A stretch of 64,000 nt of DNA from a virus. The translations under genes were made by a program, and so were the position numbers. Every line of letters begins with the position of its first letter. The first letter of the stretch is position 1. The stretch is from IMG/VR virus record IMGVR_UViG_3300042691_019444, positions 1 to 64,000 of that record; one strand, given 5' to 3'. This document shows, one piece after another, positions 28,359-37,953 of the stretch. The notes beneath the pieces are model-generated. The model saw nothing but the letters and a program-made list of their open reading frames with translations, was not told where the DNA came from and did no database searches.

Positions 28359-28768
28359 TGGAATCGTGCCGTGTCCGTATGTGTGTGAGGAATGGGGGCT
28401 ATGCCTACTTGGCTTCGCCGTATACGCATCTTGAACCATCTACGGAAGCGTATCGGTATGAGCAGGTTAGGGACGCATTTGCCTCTCTGGTTACGTCTGA
28501 TTTCGGTAAGTGCATGGCAATTGTTTCTCCTATACTGATGACTCATAATGCGGTAGTGGTGCACGGGTTGCCGCGCGATGCAGGATGGTGGGAGCGGTTC
28601 AATTTGGAATTGATGAAACGCGCTACGGTTTGCATCGTATTGTGTGTGCCGGGATGGAGGGAGTCAGTCGGGGTTAGTAAGGAATTGAAGTGGTTCAAAC
28701 AGAACAACGTGCCAATTCTTTATTATGAAGGATGGGAATTGGTGTGGTGCCCAGAAGGAGGGTTGTGA
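28358..28768 (+). CDS. DUF1937 / nucleoside 2-deoxyribosyltransferase-like protein
   Basis: YLASPYTH, SPILMTH, GWRESVGVSKE. Confidence 0.75.
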   Translation: MESCRVRMCVRNGGYAYLASPYTHLEPSTEAYRYEQVRDAFASLVTSDFGKCMAIVSPILMTHNAVVVHGLPRDAGWWERFNLELMKRATVCIVLCVPGWRESVGVSKELKWFKQNNVPILYYEGWELVWCPEGGL

Positions 28769-29100
28769 TGGAAGTCAAAGAACGCAGTCGATGGTTGGAA
28801 GAGCTGATCAACAAGCGGGTTGCGGAACGGAATCACCCGGTATCTACCCAAGTGCAATACTTTGCGCCGCGCTTCAGATTGAGTGACCAGGATAGGCTAT
28901 ATCTTTCACAACTGAGTGCTGACATGAGTGCGGGGCAAAAGATTGGATTGTTGAAAGCCTATAGGCGGCAGTTGTTTGAGATTGATATGAAGCTGTTGAT
29001 GATGCATCCGGCCGCAATCATCCCCGGTATGAGTGAGTCGGATCATCGCAAAGCCCGCAATGCAGCCAAGCGTGAACGGCGTCGACTGCGCGGTAAGTAA
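28768..29100 (+). CDS. Hypothetical protein
   Basis: SD AGGAGG, TGATG overlap. Confidence 0.55.
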   Translation: MEVKERSRWLEELINKRVAERNHPVSTQVQYFAPRFRLSDQDRLYLSQLSADMSAGQKIGLLKAYRRQLFEIDMKLLMMHPAAIIPGMSESDHRKARNAAKRERRRLRGK

Positions 29101-29156
29101 TCCTCCCCCTTTACTAGTCTCCCGGTCTTCTGATAGTTGTATGTCAGGAGCCAATC

Positions 29157-29693
29157 ATGCGGAGACGTATACCCGAGAACACTGGCATTCGTAATCCTAA
29201 TGGGGGAACGAGCGCCCTAATGGTGCGCGTTCAACGGGAGATGTTCGTTGAGAAGTTGTTGATGGACGACACTCCCAATGACCTGATAATTGCTGCTGCC
29301 GAACAGCAATTTGGCATTGGGATGCGCGCTACCCAATACCTCATCCAGACAGTAAAGAAGAGATGGGAGCAGGAGACTGCCGATAGACGCCAGTATTGGA
29401 AGGACATGGCAATACGGCGGTTGATGCACACCATAAAGGGGGCGCGCGAGGACCGGAAATGGGGCGACGTAGTTGCGGCCGAGCGACTACTAAGTCAGAT
29501 TCAGGGAACGCAGGCACCTGTTGAGATCAAGGCCGAATTCACGTACGCGCAAGCGGTAGCCGACTACATCAGCAATTACACTGATGATGAGTTGAATGAC
29601 ATGATTGCCCAATACAATGATATGAAGCGACGGGCGTCGGTCATTACGGTACAGGCCGAGCAGGTCTCACCGCCACTGCTCCCCAAGCTATAG
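29157..29693 (+). CDS. Putative terminase small subunit (HTH)
   Basis: N-terminal HTH-like region, helical middle, LLSQIQGTQAPVEIK and YTDDELN tail typical of TerS. Confidence 0.5.
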   Translation: MRRRIPENTGIRNPNGGTSALMVRVQREMFVEKLLMDDTPNDLIIAAAEQQFGIGMRATQYLIQTVKKRWEQETADRRQYWKDMAIRRLMHTIKGAREDRKWGDVVAAERLLSQIQGTQAPVEIKAEFTYAQAVADYISNYTDDELNDMIAQYNDMKRRASVITVQAEQVSPPLLPKL

Positions 29694-29694
29694 C

Positions 29695-29738
29695 ACCGCA
29701 ACACGTGTTGCGGCATAACGCATGTGGAGGTTGTTATG
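29695..29738 (+). promoter_or_regulatory. 44-bp palindrome + CGGCATAA + SD + ATG leader cassette
   Basis: 42/44 identical to 52636-52679. Confidence 0.85.
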
Positions 29739-30041
29739 AGCGACAACGAACAAGCGTTATGCGTGCCATGCGTACATCTAAACGGGTCGGGGTCCGATAC
29801 GCTTCTCAAGGAATACCGAGAAGTTGTGGAGGCATTCGACGAACTACAGTTGGCCCTTCAGCGACTTACGTTTCATTCGCGAGACTACTACGTATTGGGA
29901 GATGATGCGTGGAAGGTTGCGCGTGATGCCGAGACCGCCAGACGAGCAATGGTGTCAAGGTGTCGGGATGAGTATCGGCAAATCATGGTGGGGATTCGGA
30001 GACAAATTCGGGATAAGGAACGCCAGAGGGAGGTAAGATGA
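29736..30041 (+). CDS. Hypothetical phage protein
   Basis: Leader cassette; PCVHLNGSG...HSRDYY. Confidence 0.65.
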   Translation: MSDNEQALCVPCVHLNGSGSDTLLKEYREVVEAFDELQLALQRLTFHSRDYYVLGDDAWKVARDAETARRAMVSRCRDEYRQIMVGIRRQIRDKERQREVR

Positions 30042-30343
30042 GAGTCATATTCGAGTTGGCGGTTGGGATGGTGTTGGTTGCGGCGATAGTGCATGGTGCG
30101 ATTCTCAAGCTGAGGGTTGCGATGCTTGAGAAGAAGGTAAAGCAACTGACCACCAAAACGAACAATCCCTCAACCGTATTCGGGTTCAGGATCGGTACAC
30201 CAGACATCCATGAAATGGCCCTGAAGATGGGATATGAGCCATTCGCATTGACGGGGGACCAACTCATGGATGTGGTCGATTTGGTGATGGAGGAGAAGGC
30301 CCATACCCATAAGCCCAATCACCCAATCATAGACGCAAATTAG
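30038..30343 (+). CDS. Membrane-anchored hypothetical protein
   Basis: N-terminal TM helix. Confidence 0.55.
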   Translation: MRVIFELAVGMVLVAAIVHGAILKLRVAMLEKKVKQLTTKTNNPSTVFGFRIGTPDIHEMALKMGYEPFALTGDQLMDVVDLVMEEKAHTHKPNHPIIDAN

Positions 30344-30349
30344 GAGGGT

Positions 30350-31249
30350 GTGATGCGGCGCAAAGTAAGTTCAGAGGACCCATTCTTCAGATACGACTTT
30401 GGTGGGGACCCATCATCACAGGAGTACAGGGGTTGTTCGCTTGTGAAGCCCAGTACGATTCATGAACTTGTGGAGGAGTTCAATACGGCGGTGAATGCGG
30501 TGGAGACTTGCTATGCGCGACTGCGAGAGGCCGAAGCTGACCTTGAGAAAGTGTATAGCTATCAGGGGAGCACGAATCGGATTCGCATTGATGCGTGCGC
30601 CGGATACGGGCATGGATGTGACTTTAGTCCGGCAGGAGCCCAACGCACGATTGAGAAGATGCAGCGAGAAGCATGGTGGTTCATTGTTGAGCGGCTTGAG
30701 ATGCGTAGGGTGCTCAGCGTGCAGAAGACCAAAGAGTTAGATGAGCAGTTGAACAAAGGTGAATTGCCTCCCATTACGTATCCGAACGTGGAGGCATTCG
30801 TCCAGAAGTACGCATCAGACATCTCGTCGCTTATTGAGGATCAGATAAAGGAGGTGTTCGGGTTCCTACGCCCGCGTGGGGGTACGCGCGGCGGGAAGTA
30901 TAAGACCAATCCTAAGTTCGAGTTGAAGGACCGAGTCATCCTGGCGTATTGGGTCGACGACATGACGTGGAGTAGTCGATACCAAATCGCCCACAACTAC
31001 CAGAACGAAGCCCGTGCACTGGAGAGGGTATTCCAGACGTTGGACGGGAAGGGTAATGTGCTGAAGGGCTATTACTCAGAGTTGGACATCGCAATGAGGG
31101 AGGCACCTGATGGGGTAGGTGAGACTGACTATTTCAAATTCCGGGCATGCAAGAACCGCAACCTACATCTGCAATTCAAGCGGATGGATCTGGTGAAGAA
31201 ACTGAACATGATTGCTGGGGGTAAGTCCCTAAAGGAAGCATCGCAATGA
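30350..31249 (+). CDS. DUF4942 domain protein
   Basis: LERVFQTLDGK...YFKFRACKNRNLHLQFKRMDLVKKLN. Confidence 0.75.
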   Translation: MMRRKVSSEDPFFRYDFGGDPSSQEYRGCSLVKPSTIHELVEEFNTAVNAVETCYARLREAEADLEKVYSYQGSTNRIRIDACAGYGHGCDFSPAGAQRTIEKMQREAWWFIVERLEMRRVLSVQKTKELDEQLNKGELPPITYPNVEAFVQKYASDISSLIEDQIKEVFGFLRPRGGTRGGKYKTNPKFELKDRVILAYWVDDMTWSSRYQIAHNYQNEARALERVFQTLDGKGNVLKGYYSELDIAMREAPDGVGETDYFKFRACKNRNLHLQFKRMDLVKKLNMIAGGKSLKEASQ

Positions 31250-31725
31250 CAAAGCTGAGAGAGCAAGTGCATGAGTTCATGGTGGCTACGGGGCAGGAGA
31301 TTCTGGATAACCCCTCAGTACCACCTTCGCCCGCTACGGTTCGGTTGAGGGTACTGCTTATTGTGGAAGAAGCGTTTGAGTATGCAATTGCATCTACGTC
31401 GGATAGGGGAGCGCACAGATACTTGAGCGCCGCAATGAGCAACGTACTGAAGACCATACAGGAGTTGGATGCTGACGTATGGGATCACCCGAACCGCGTA
31501 GAGATTGCCGACGCGTTGGCCGATCTTGATTATGTTGTGGAGGGTGCACGCCTTACGTATGGAATCGATGGGGACCGGATTGCGGACATTGTGCATGCAA
31601 CCAACATGAAGAAGTTGGAGGGCCCAATCGACCCGGTAACCATGAAGCGACTGAAGCCTCCTGGCTGGGTTCCGCCGACTGTCGATATCGCTAAGGAGCT
31701 GAACAAGCAATGCCTCCCAAAGTAA
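31246..31725 (+). CDS. MazG-like / PRA-PH nucleotide pyrophosphohydrolase
   Basis: LIVEEAFE, ADALADLDYV, VHATNMKK, KPPGWVPP. Confidence 0.85.
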   Translation: MTKLREQVHEFMVATGQEILDNPSVPPSPATVRLRVLLIVEEAFEYAIASTSDRGAHRYLSAAMSNVLKTIQELDADVWDHPNRVEIADALADLDYVVEGARLTYGIDGDRIADIVHATNMKKLEGPIDPVTMKRLKPPGWVPPTVDIAKELNKQCLPK

Positions 31726-32450
31726 CAGGGCCACTGTTCAAGTGGTTTGGAAGTAAGTGGTTGAGCAGTAAGACGCTCCCACAACCAACACGGGACTCGT
31801 TGATTGAACCGTTCGCGGGAGGAGCTGGTTATGCCTTACGGCATTGTCACCTAAACGTCCTATTGGCTGAGTCGGATGTTCGATTGCATCATTTGTGGGT
31901 GTGGCTCATAAGGTATGCGACCGAAGCGGCCATTAGGGAGATTCCGATCGATATCCCGGTCGGTACAGATATCAGACATTTGGAATTGAGTGTCGGCCAG
32001 GAACTACTCCTCAAAAACTGGCAGCGAACGAATAACGTGGGGAATTGCTGGACCATAAGTCCGTGGGGCAACAAGCCCGGACAATGGACCGCAAATACCC
32101 GCGCACGTGTTGCGGAAGAGATAGGGGCAATCAAGCATTGGAATGTAGCAACCGATGACGGGTTCGAAGTAATGAAGCGTTCTTACTTCGTTGACGCCAC
32201 ATGGTTCATCGACCCTCCTTATCAGTACAACTACCAATATGGTAAGCGACCAATTGATTATGAAGCTCTAGGCAAATTGGTAGATAGGTGTGCGGAGCGT
32301 GGTCAGGTGATTGTGTGTGAGGCAGTATGTCCCAAGACAGGCCGTGTTCCTACGTGGTTGCCATTCAAGCACTTCGGCGACCGCATCACCAGTAGGCGCA
32401 AACCCACCAATAACCATCACAGCAAAGAGCTAATTTGGGTCAGTGCCTAA
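31710..32450 (+). CDS. Dam-like (alpha class) DNA adenine methyltransferase
   Basis: FKWFGSKW, EPFAGGAG, FIDPPY. Confidence 0.8.
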   Translation: MPPKVTGPLFKWFGSKWLSSKTLPQPTRDSLIEPFAGGAGYALRHCHLNVLLAESDVRLHHLWVWLIRYATEAAIREIPIDIPVGTDIRHLELSVGQELLLKNWQRTNNVGNCWTISPWGNKPGQWTANTRARVAEEIGAIKHWNVATDDGFEVMKRSYFVDATWFIDPPYQYNYQYGKRPIDYEALGKLVDRCAERGQVIVCEAVCPKTGRVPTWLPFKHFGDRITSRRKPTNNHHSKELIWVSA

Positions 32451-32451
32451 C

Positions 32452-32471
32452 ACGGCAACACGTGTTGCGGT
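32452..32471. repeat. Dispersed palindrome variant (ACGGC...)
   Basis: One mismatch; CGGCATAA follows at 32478. Confidence 0.85.
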
Positions 32472-32526
32472 AGCTTGCGGCATAAGTAGTAGTAAGCACC
32501 GCAAACGGTTGTTGTGAGGAGGTATC

Positions 32527-33276
32527 ATGAAGACCTATACGCTGATTGATGGTAAGTGCCACGAAGGTGTTGTTGTGAAGAACGTAGGGAGGGGAGCCCC
32601 GCGCGTGATGGTCGGAGACCGAACGTTTATGTATGCGGGCACAAGGGACTTTGTTGGGCTTGCGCCTGATAAGACCACAACGGTTACGCGCGCACGACTT
32701 GCAACTACGATTCATCAGAACCGAAAGTTCATGATTCTGGTGAATGACTGGAAGGGACTTGTTGGGGGGACAATGCTGCTGTTCTCCGTAACAGTCAAAC
32801 TCCCTAAGGGGCATTCGGGCCCGCTTGTGCGGTTGGTGAAGCTAGCTAATTGTCCGATGAGGGGAGCACATTTACATGCTCATGGGCAATGCCGGTTGTG
32901 TGGGGAGGAGTTAGTGGACAACATTCCTCGCACGAACAACGGTAAGCCATTCAGGCATCCAGATAAGGGGCTGATTCACGAGTCCACACGCGCACAGGAG
33001 TCGATGGTTGGCTGGTTCAACATTCGGTCCCGTGAGGCCCAGAATGGAGAGACAATCGTTGAGGGGTTGTTGTCGTTTCCGAACCATAACCCCAGACAGT
33101 CAATTCCGGGCGACTTGGTTGTTGGGTATCCAATTACGTCGGTGTTGGATACCCAAACATTGTTTAGTGGATTCAGGATCGAGTACGCGGGTGGAGAGAT
33201 TCCGCAATTCAGGACAGTGCCGTATGAGGAGAAGTTGGTAATGGACACGGACTGGTATTTGGACGGTCAACTATGA
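32527..33276 (+). CDS. Hypothetical protein
   Basis: SD GAGGAGGT. Confidence 0.65.
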   Translation: MKTYTLIDGKCHEGVVVKNVGRGAPRVMVGDRTFMYAGTRDFVGLAPDKTTTVTRARLATTIHQNRKFMILVNDWKGLVGGTMLLFSVTVKLPKGHSGPLVRLVKLANCPMRGAHLHAHGQCRLCGEELVDNIPRTNNGKPFRHPDKGLIHESTRAQESMVGWFNIRSREAQNGETIVEGLLSFPNHNPRQSIPGDLVVGYPITSVLDTQTLFSGFRIEYAGGEIPQFRTVPYEEKLVMDTDWYLDGQL

Positions 33277-33527
33277 CGGCGGAACTCCTGCGGCACATGT
33301 TGGGGAACTTCGCACTTGCGTTGTTGTTCATTGGCGCGCTTGCGTTGCTGTGTGGGTATGCGCTTGAGAGGTATGAGAGATACGAGGAGACAGACGATCC
33401 GGAAGAATCACTGGAGAGGAGGGTACGGGCGGTTGAGAATCGGTGTAGGGGGTTGAGAGATCAGATGAACAAGGTAGTAGATAGGGTCGAAAGACTAGAA
33501 CGTAAACAGGAGCGGGAACATGAGTGA
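33273..33527 (+). CDS. Membrane-anchored coiled-coil protein
   Basis: TM helix then coiled coil. Confidence 0.55.
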   Translation: MTAELLRHMLGNFALALLFIGALALLCGYALERYERYEETDDPEESLERRVRAVENRCRGLRDQMNKVVDRVERLERKQEREHE

Positions 33528-34227
33528 TTGTCATGATGGACCCAAGTGGAACCCGAGGCGGGCATCTGCACACCTGCTGAGGATTGCGGCGGACTACACG
33601 GAGAACGCAACAACCGATAACTCGTTCAGCAGCGTAAGGGAATCGTTGATTGTCATTGCGCTGAAAGAGCCAATGGTGTCGCGTAATCGCCTGACCGAGA
33701 TCATGTATGGCGTGCTTGGGTATGATGAGGAGACCATTGCGGAGGAGTGCAGGTGTTTGGTTGATGATGAGCCGGGACTCATGATCCACCAGACAATTCC
33801 GGATGCGGAGTTGGAGTCAATGGCATCGTTGGTTCAGTCTGGTGGGGCCATCAAGTGGAATAGGTGGCCGAGATTGAGGGCCGTATTCAAGAACACGTCT
33901 CCGTCTAACCGGATATGGTTGGAGTTGGTAGCGTTCATCGATACGGTTGTGACGCAGTACGGATGGGGGACCAATACGCCGCAAGTAACCGAGGCACTTG
34001 CTGATGCTCAGTGTGAATGCGATATGCTGGATATGGACCGCCAGCAATCAATCGCCCGCATCACCGAACTACAGGCATCCAATACCAAGAACGTTGAGAA
34101 GTTGAGGGCAACTCAGGGTATGCTGAGGCGGGTAGTAAATGCCCTATTGTTCGGTACTCCACCACTCATTCCGAAAGACGTTCTGACAAATGATGAGATG
34201 TACGAGGTACTGAGGATTGACGCCTAA
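33520..34227 (+). CDS. Hypothetical protein
   Basis: ORF in operon. Confidence 0.6.
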   Translation: MSDCHDGPKWNPRRASAHLLRIAADYTENATTDNSFSSVRESLIVIALKEPMVSRNRLTEIMYGVLGYDEETIAEECRCLVDDEPGLMIHQTIPDAELESMASLVQSGGAIKWNRWPRLRAVFKNTSPSNRIWLELVAFIDTVVTQYGWGTNTPQVTEALADAQCECDMLDMDRQQSIARITELQASNTKNVEKLRATQGMLRRVVNALLFGTPPLIPKDVLTNDEMYEVLRIDA

Positions 34228-34260
34228 CGGTTCAGTTGTACGGGTAACCGTTCCTGAACC

Positions 34261-34296
34261 TGAACGCCGCATGGACCTCCCGCCATGCGGCGTTCA
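34261..34296 (+). terminator. Strong hairpin (terminator or structured RNA)
   Basis: TGAACGCCGCATGG-ACCTCCCG-CCATGCGGCGTTCA; weak U tract. Confidence 0.6.
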
Positions 34297-34310
34297 CCTA
34301 TTTGGGCTTC

Positions 34311-34354
34311 ACCGCAACACGTGTTGCGGCATAACCGGTTAGGAGGTTGTGATG
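34311..34354 (+). promoter_or_regulatory. 44-bp palindrome + CGGCATAA + SD + ATG leader cassette
   Basis: Same geometry as 29695, 43764 and 52636. Confidence 0.85.
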
Positions 34355-34573
34355 CCTGCTACGGAAGTCCCTCAAATGGACGTTAGGGTTGTGCTGCTAT
34401 TGGCGTATACGTCCCGCAACATAGGGGCGTTGAGTGCTTGTGTGGAGCATATGCGAACAGTGCTGGGCATGAATTATCCCCAGATTTATGCCATAGCGCG
34501 GGAGGTGAATCCGGCGTTGGAACTTGCGGAATGGGATGCATTGTTGGCTGAAGCTGACGACTTGTGGGAGTGA
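34352..34573 (+). CDS. Hypothetical protein
   Basis: Follows the leader cassette. Confidence 0.6.
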   Translation: MPATEVPQMDVRVVLLLAYTSRNIGALSACVEHMRTVLGMNYPQIYAIAREVNPALELAEWDALLAEADDLWE

Positions 34574-34581
34574 GGTGTGTG

Positions 34582-35142
34582 ATGGAAAAGTGTTGTGGGA
34601 CGTGCATGCACTGGAATAGGTCTGACCCGATCGATGGGTGTGCGGTGGTGGAGGTAGAACGGACTGCCGAGATAGGTGAGTGCCTGAATAGGGCATTTCC
34701 CAACCACACCCCGAGAGTATGGATTAGGTCGAATTGTGGGGCTCTATGTGTCAGATACAAGGAGTTCCGTTATGACCCCGAGAGGTTGGGGATGGCAATT
34801 GTGCTTGAAGCGGTTTACCGAAGTGAGGAATTCGACCGTAGTGGGGAATGCACCCAATTGCCGGACGGGGTTGAGGCTATACCGGCATTCTGGCGGATGG
34901 GTGAGTGTAGGGCATATGCGGGAGCCCAAATGCGGAGAGCCCGAGAAGAGCTGAAGTTGGTTGGCATTCCGCATGAGAGGGTGAGTGGGTTTGTCAAGGA
35001 CGCTGAGGAGTTATTGAGACGGCTAATTAGGCAACACGGATGGGGGTCTGTTGAGCTGAAAGCCGAGAAGGACCGAATTGTTGAGTGTTGGCGTCGCGCC
35101 AAACCCCCTCAACCGAAACTGATAGGGAATGAAGGTGTGTGA
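34582..35142 (+). CDS. Hypothetical protein, Cys-rich N-terminus
   Basis: CCGTCMHW; SD GAGG. Confidence 0.55.
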   Translation: MEKCCGTCMHWNRSDPIDGCAVVEVERTAEIGECLNRAFPNHTPRVWIRSNCGALCVRYKEFRYDPERLGMAIVLEAVYRSEEFDRSGECTQLPDGVEAIPAFWRMGECRAYAGAQMRRAREELKLVGIPHERVSGFVKDAEELLRRLIRQHGWGSVELKAEKDRIVECWRRAKPPQPKLIGNEGV

Positions 35143-35621
35143 TGGAAGACCGCGAAGACTACTGCACTACATGCAAGGACTTCACAGTGCGGTTGAAGTT
35201 GTGTGTGAATTGCCATGACCGGGAAGCCCATATGGCACAAGCCACAATCACCAGACTGACCACCAAAGTATCGGAGCTTGAATCTGAACTTACCGAGTAT
35301 CGGAATAGGGTGTTTGCGGGGGATGTGTGGGTTGTGAGGTACGTGGTAGATGGGAATGAGATTGAGCGGTCAGGTACGGAGATGGAAGTACGTCGGGTGC
35401 TGAAGTGGGTGCGGAAGGATGGTAGTGCTACCAATATTCGGTTCGTTCATAAGAGGGTGTATCGAATGCGGTGCAAGTCCCTACATCAAACCTGTAATGA
35501 CCCTCCCAAGGGGGACGGTAACTGTATGGCGTACTCGGCATTTTTGAACGACGCCATAGTTGTGAGTAAGGAGCTGGTTAGGGGAGCGCCTAAGGCGTAC
35601 CCGCGATGGAGGCCACTATGA
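35142..35621 (+). CDS. Hypothetical protein
   Basis: CxxC pairs, coiled coil. Confidence 0.55.
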   Translation: MEDREDYCTTCKDFTVRLKLCVNCHDREAHMAQATITRLTTKVSELESELTEYRNRVFAGDVWVVRYVVDGNEIERSGTEMEVRRVLKWVRKDGSATNIRFVHKRVYRMRCKSLHQTCNDPPKGDGNCMAYSAFLNDAIVVSKELVRGAPKAYPRWRPL

Positions 35622-35875
35622 AGACCAAACCAACCCCATACCCAACAAATCAAGTCCATCAGGATCGGGGCATGATGTTGGAGTGTGTGCGTACTGCCAG
35701 GGAGTTGATTGTTAGGGCGTTAGGGAGGATTGAGTACTGTGGGGTGGAGATGCCTGATGAGGACCGCAATCAGCTTCATGAGGCCGTAGCCGTACTGGAC
35801 CGGGTAGAGCGTCTAGTCAGAACAACCACATGGAAGGAGGCCACTGATGCCGACAAACCTCATACCGCTAAGTGA
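35618..35875 (+). CDS. Hypothetical protein
   Basis: SD GGAGG, ATGA overlap. Confidence 0.55.
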   Translation: MKTKPTPYPTNQVHQDRGMMLECVRTARELIVRALGRIEYCGVEMPDEDRNQLHEAVAVLDRVERLVRTTTWKEATDADKPHTAK

Positions 35876-36098
35876 GGCCGGTTACAGGGAGAGGGACTTC
35901 GTCCTGAAGCTATGGGCGAACGGGATGATGCCTCGTCTGATTGACCTAAAGGCATTCATGGAGATTGCCAAGTACGACCCTAGCAGGGATGAGATTGTGG
36001 TCGAGATACTTGGTACGACGATGGCAATTAGGGTTGTGGAGTTGTATGGCCCCGAACCGGTAAGGGGGGGACGCCAAAAGGAGACTAGAGATGGCTAA
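35847..36098 (+). CDS. Hypothetical protein
   Basis: SD AGGAGG. Confidence 0.55.
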   Translation: MPTNLIPLSEAGYRERDFVLKLWANGMMPRLIDLKAFMEIAKYDPSRDEIVVEILGTTMAIRVVELYGPEPVRGGRQKETRDG

Positions 36099-36315
36099 GA
36101 AGCAAAAGTTGACCGTGAAGGTACCGCCCATTGCGGTGAGTGTTCGGAACACTGATGGGTGTAGTGGTACGTCGTTCTATGACACGTTGTTGGTCATTAG
36201 GGCTGACAGCAAATACTCCCTAGCGGAGAAGCTGCGCGACCTAGCTAGCCTGATTGGGTCATCCGACAACCTACTGAGTTCCGGAACCGTAATGATTGGT
36301 TGCCGCCGTAGGTGA
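36091..36315 (+). CDS. Hypothetical protein
   Basis: SD AAGGAG. Confidence 0.5.
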   Translation: MAKKQKLTVKVPPIAVSVRNTDGCSGTSFYDTLLVIRADSKYSLAEKLRDLASLIGSSDNLLSSGTVMIGCRRR

Positions 36316-36318
36316 GGG

Positions 36319-36516
36319 ATGGAGATCAAACAAGTCAGGTGTTGGTTGTGTGGTGTTTCGTTTGGGCACGGGAAGGTAGTGGTGGCCGAGAACGACCTAA
36401 CCGGTACCCGAACCTATCTGTATGGTTGCCACGACTGCACAACCCGCAGGGACGGCATTAGGGTATTGGAGATGAAGGCCATCACTATGGACAACGCAAC
36501 GGAGAAGAGACCATGA
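36319..36516 (+). CDS. Small Zn-ribbon protein
   Basis: CWLC..CHDC. Confidence 0.5.
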   Translation: MEIKQVRCWLCGVSFGHGKVVVAENDLTGTRTYLYGCHDCTTRRDGIRVLEMKAITMDNATEKRP

Positions 36517-36719
36517 AGGTTATTAGGTACGGCAAAAAAATCCGCAAGCTACTGCGATGTCAGATGTGTGAGTCGGAGATGGAGGCAATGCCCGATGAAC
36601 TCAAACCTACCTCGCAGGTGAATAAGAATGGTTCGGTGATGATGGGGTGGACATGCCCGGTATGTGGGGTGGACGTCTATACGTCAGACGACTCAATCCC
36701 AATCGTAATGGAGAGGTAG
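36513..36719 (+). CDS. Small Zn-ribbon protein
   Basis: CQMC..CPVC. Confidence 0.55.
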   Translation: MKVIRYGKKIRKLLRCQMCESEMEAMPDELKPTSQVNKNGSVMMGWTCPVCGVDVYTSDDSIPIVMER

Positions 36720-36721
36720 CG

Positions 36722-36952
36722 ATGAAGCTCCCCCGGAAAGGCACCCGTATCCATTACGACCCAACACCCGGCATACAGAATCCCAACCGGTGGAGTGGTC
36801 AGTACAGAGGATGTGTGGATGGACAGTTGATTGTTAGGGTATGGTTTCCACACAAGCAACGTTGGAGTTATCAGCTATACAGCAGATGGTGGTGGGATGA
36901 GGGTCACTTTAGGGTCGGCCCACTACCACGACTCAAATTGATGTCAGCATAG
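36722..36952 (+). CDS. Hypothetical protein
   Basis: SD GAGGT. Confidence 0.5.
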   Translation: MKLPRKGTRIHYDPTPGIQNPNRWSGQYRGCVDGQLIVRVWFPHKQRWSYQLYSRWWWDEGHFRVGPLPRLKLMSA

Positions 36953-36958
36953 GAGGGA

Positions 36959-37450
36959 ATGATGGAACAGCTAAGAGAGGGTGACGACATACAGACACTC
37001 GTTCTGGTGGTTATGTGTGAGTGTTGCCATACCGTGTACCGGTTACGACCAGGTGACTACCATAGGGAGAATTATGAGATTGTGTGGAGGTGTGTGGCAT
37101 GCAACGTCGACAACTACCTGGGTCACGCTCAGAAGTTCTCCGAATATGTAGCGGGTCTGTTGGGTAGACTGGAGAGTGCTGAACATGAGTTGTTGGAACG
37201 CCGAACAATCGCCGGTAGCCCTAGAAGGTTCTTCAGCATACTAACTACTGATGGCCCCCCAGACCAACGTCCCATAGAGGGAGTGCAGTTGTCTGACGGG
37301 TCATGTCTGTTGTGGTGTCCCAATGGTGCGTTGGTTGGATTCGATTCTTTGGAGGGGTTGTTATCTGCACACCCGAACTTCAGACTGTACTGGAAGCAAG
37401 GTGAGGACGGACACATGCGCTGGGTGAAGGACCCCAAAGAGACTCCGTAA
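36959..37450 (+). CDS. Hypothetical protein (Zn ribbon plus EGVQLSDG motif)
   Basis: SD AGGAGG. Confidence 0.55.
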   Translation: MMEQLREGDDIQTLVLVVMCECCHTVYRLRPGDYHRENYEIVWRCVACNVDNYLGHAQKFSEYVAGLLGRLESAEHELLERRTIAGSPRRFFSILTTDGPPDQRPIEGVQLSDGSCLLWCPNGALVGFDSLEGLLSAHPNFRLYWKQGEDGHMRWVKDPKETP

Positions 37451-37675
37451 CTACCGGGTTGGATCGTAGTCATTTACCCACCTAGACATTCCGCATCACA
37501 GCATTCAATATCAGGGATTGGAGGTGAGTGCGGATGGACCCCGAAATCCCCATCAGTTCAGTTCCTATCAATTCGCTACTTGATCCGGAATGGGATGAGG
37601 TGGTGAGATGGGGGCCAATCGAGGAAGTGCTCCCACCGCAAGGATTGGGAAGCACGGAGGAAGGAGGCTTAGACG

Positions 37676-37921
37676 ATGGGTGACGTTATGGTGTATGGGT
37701 CTGACCCATTCGATATCACGGTGGTTCGGTACAAGGACGGAGAGCACGCAGGGAAGTTCTGTGCGTTCTATACCCAAGAGGTGTTTGCGAGGGGCAGTAC
37801 ACGGGAAGAAGCCATTGAGGCGTTGTGCGCAAAGTTGCGTGGTATGTTCAGCAATTGCGACGTACACCAGCGAGTGTGTGTTCCGTTCAATAAAGTGTTG
37901 CGCCCCAAGAAGGGTGAATGA
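37676..37921 (+). CDS. Hypothetical protein, HicB-N-like
   Basis: FARGSTREEAIEAL. Confidence 0.45.
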   Translation: MGDVMVYGSDPFDITVVRYKDGEHAGKFCAFYTQEVFARGSTREEAIEALCAKLRGMFSNCDVHQRVCVPFNKVLRPKKGE

Positions 37922-37922
37922 C

Positions 37923-37942
37923 ACCGCAACATGTGTTGCGGT
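37923..37942. repeat. Dispersed palindrome variant (CATGTG core)
   Basis: One C>T mismatch; precedes the terL SD. Confidence 0.9.
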
Positions 37943-37953
37943 AGGAGGCTCAT

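Noticed and set aside
32104-32115. Partial palindrome matches (also 2956, 21549, 41266, 61436)
   Set aside because: Half sites or multiple mismatches in coding sequence; left out of the count
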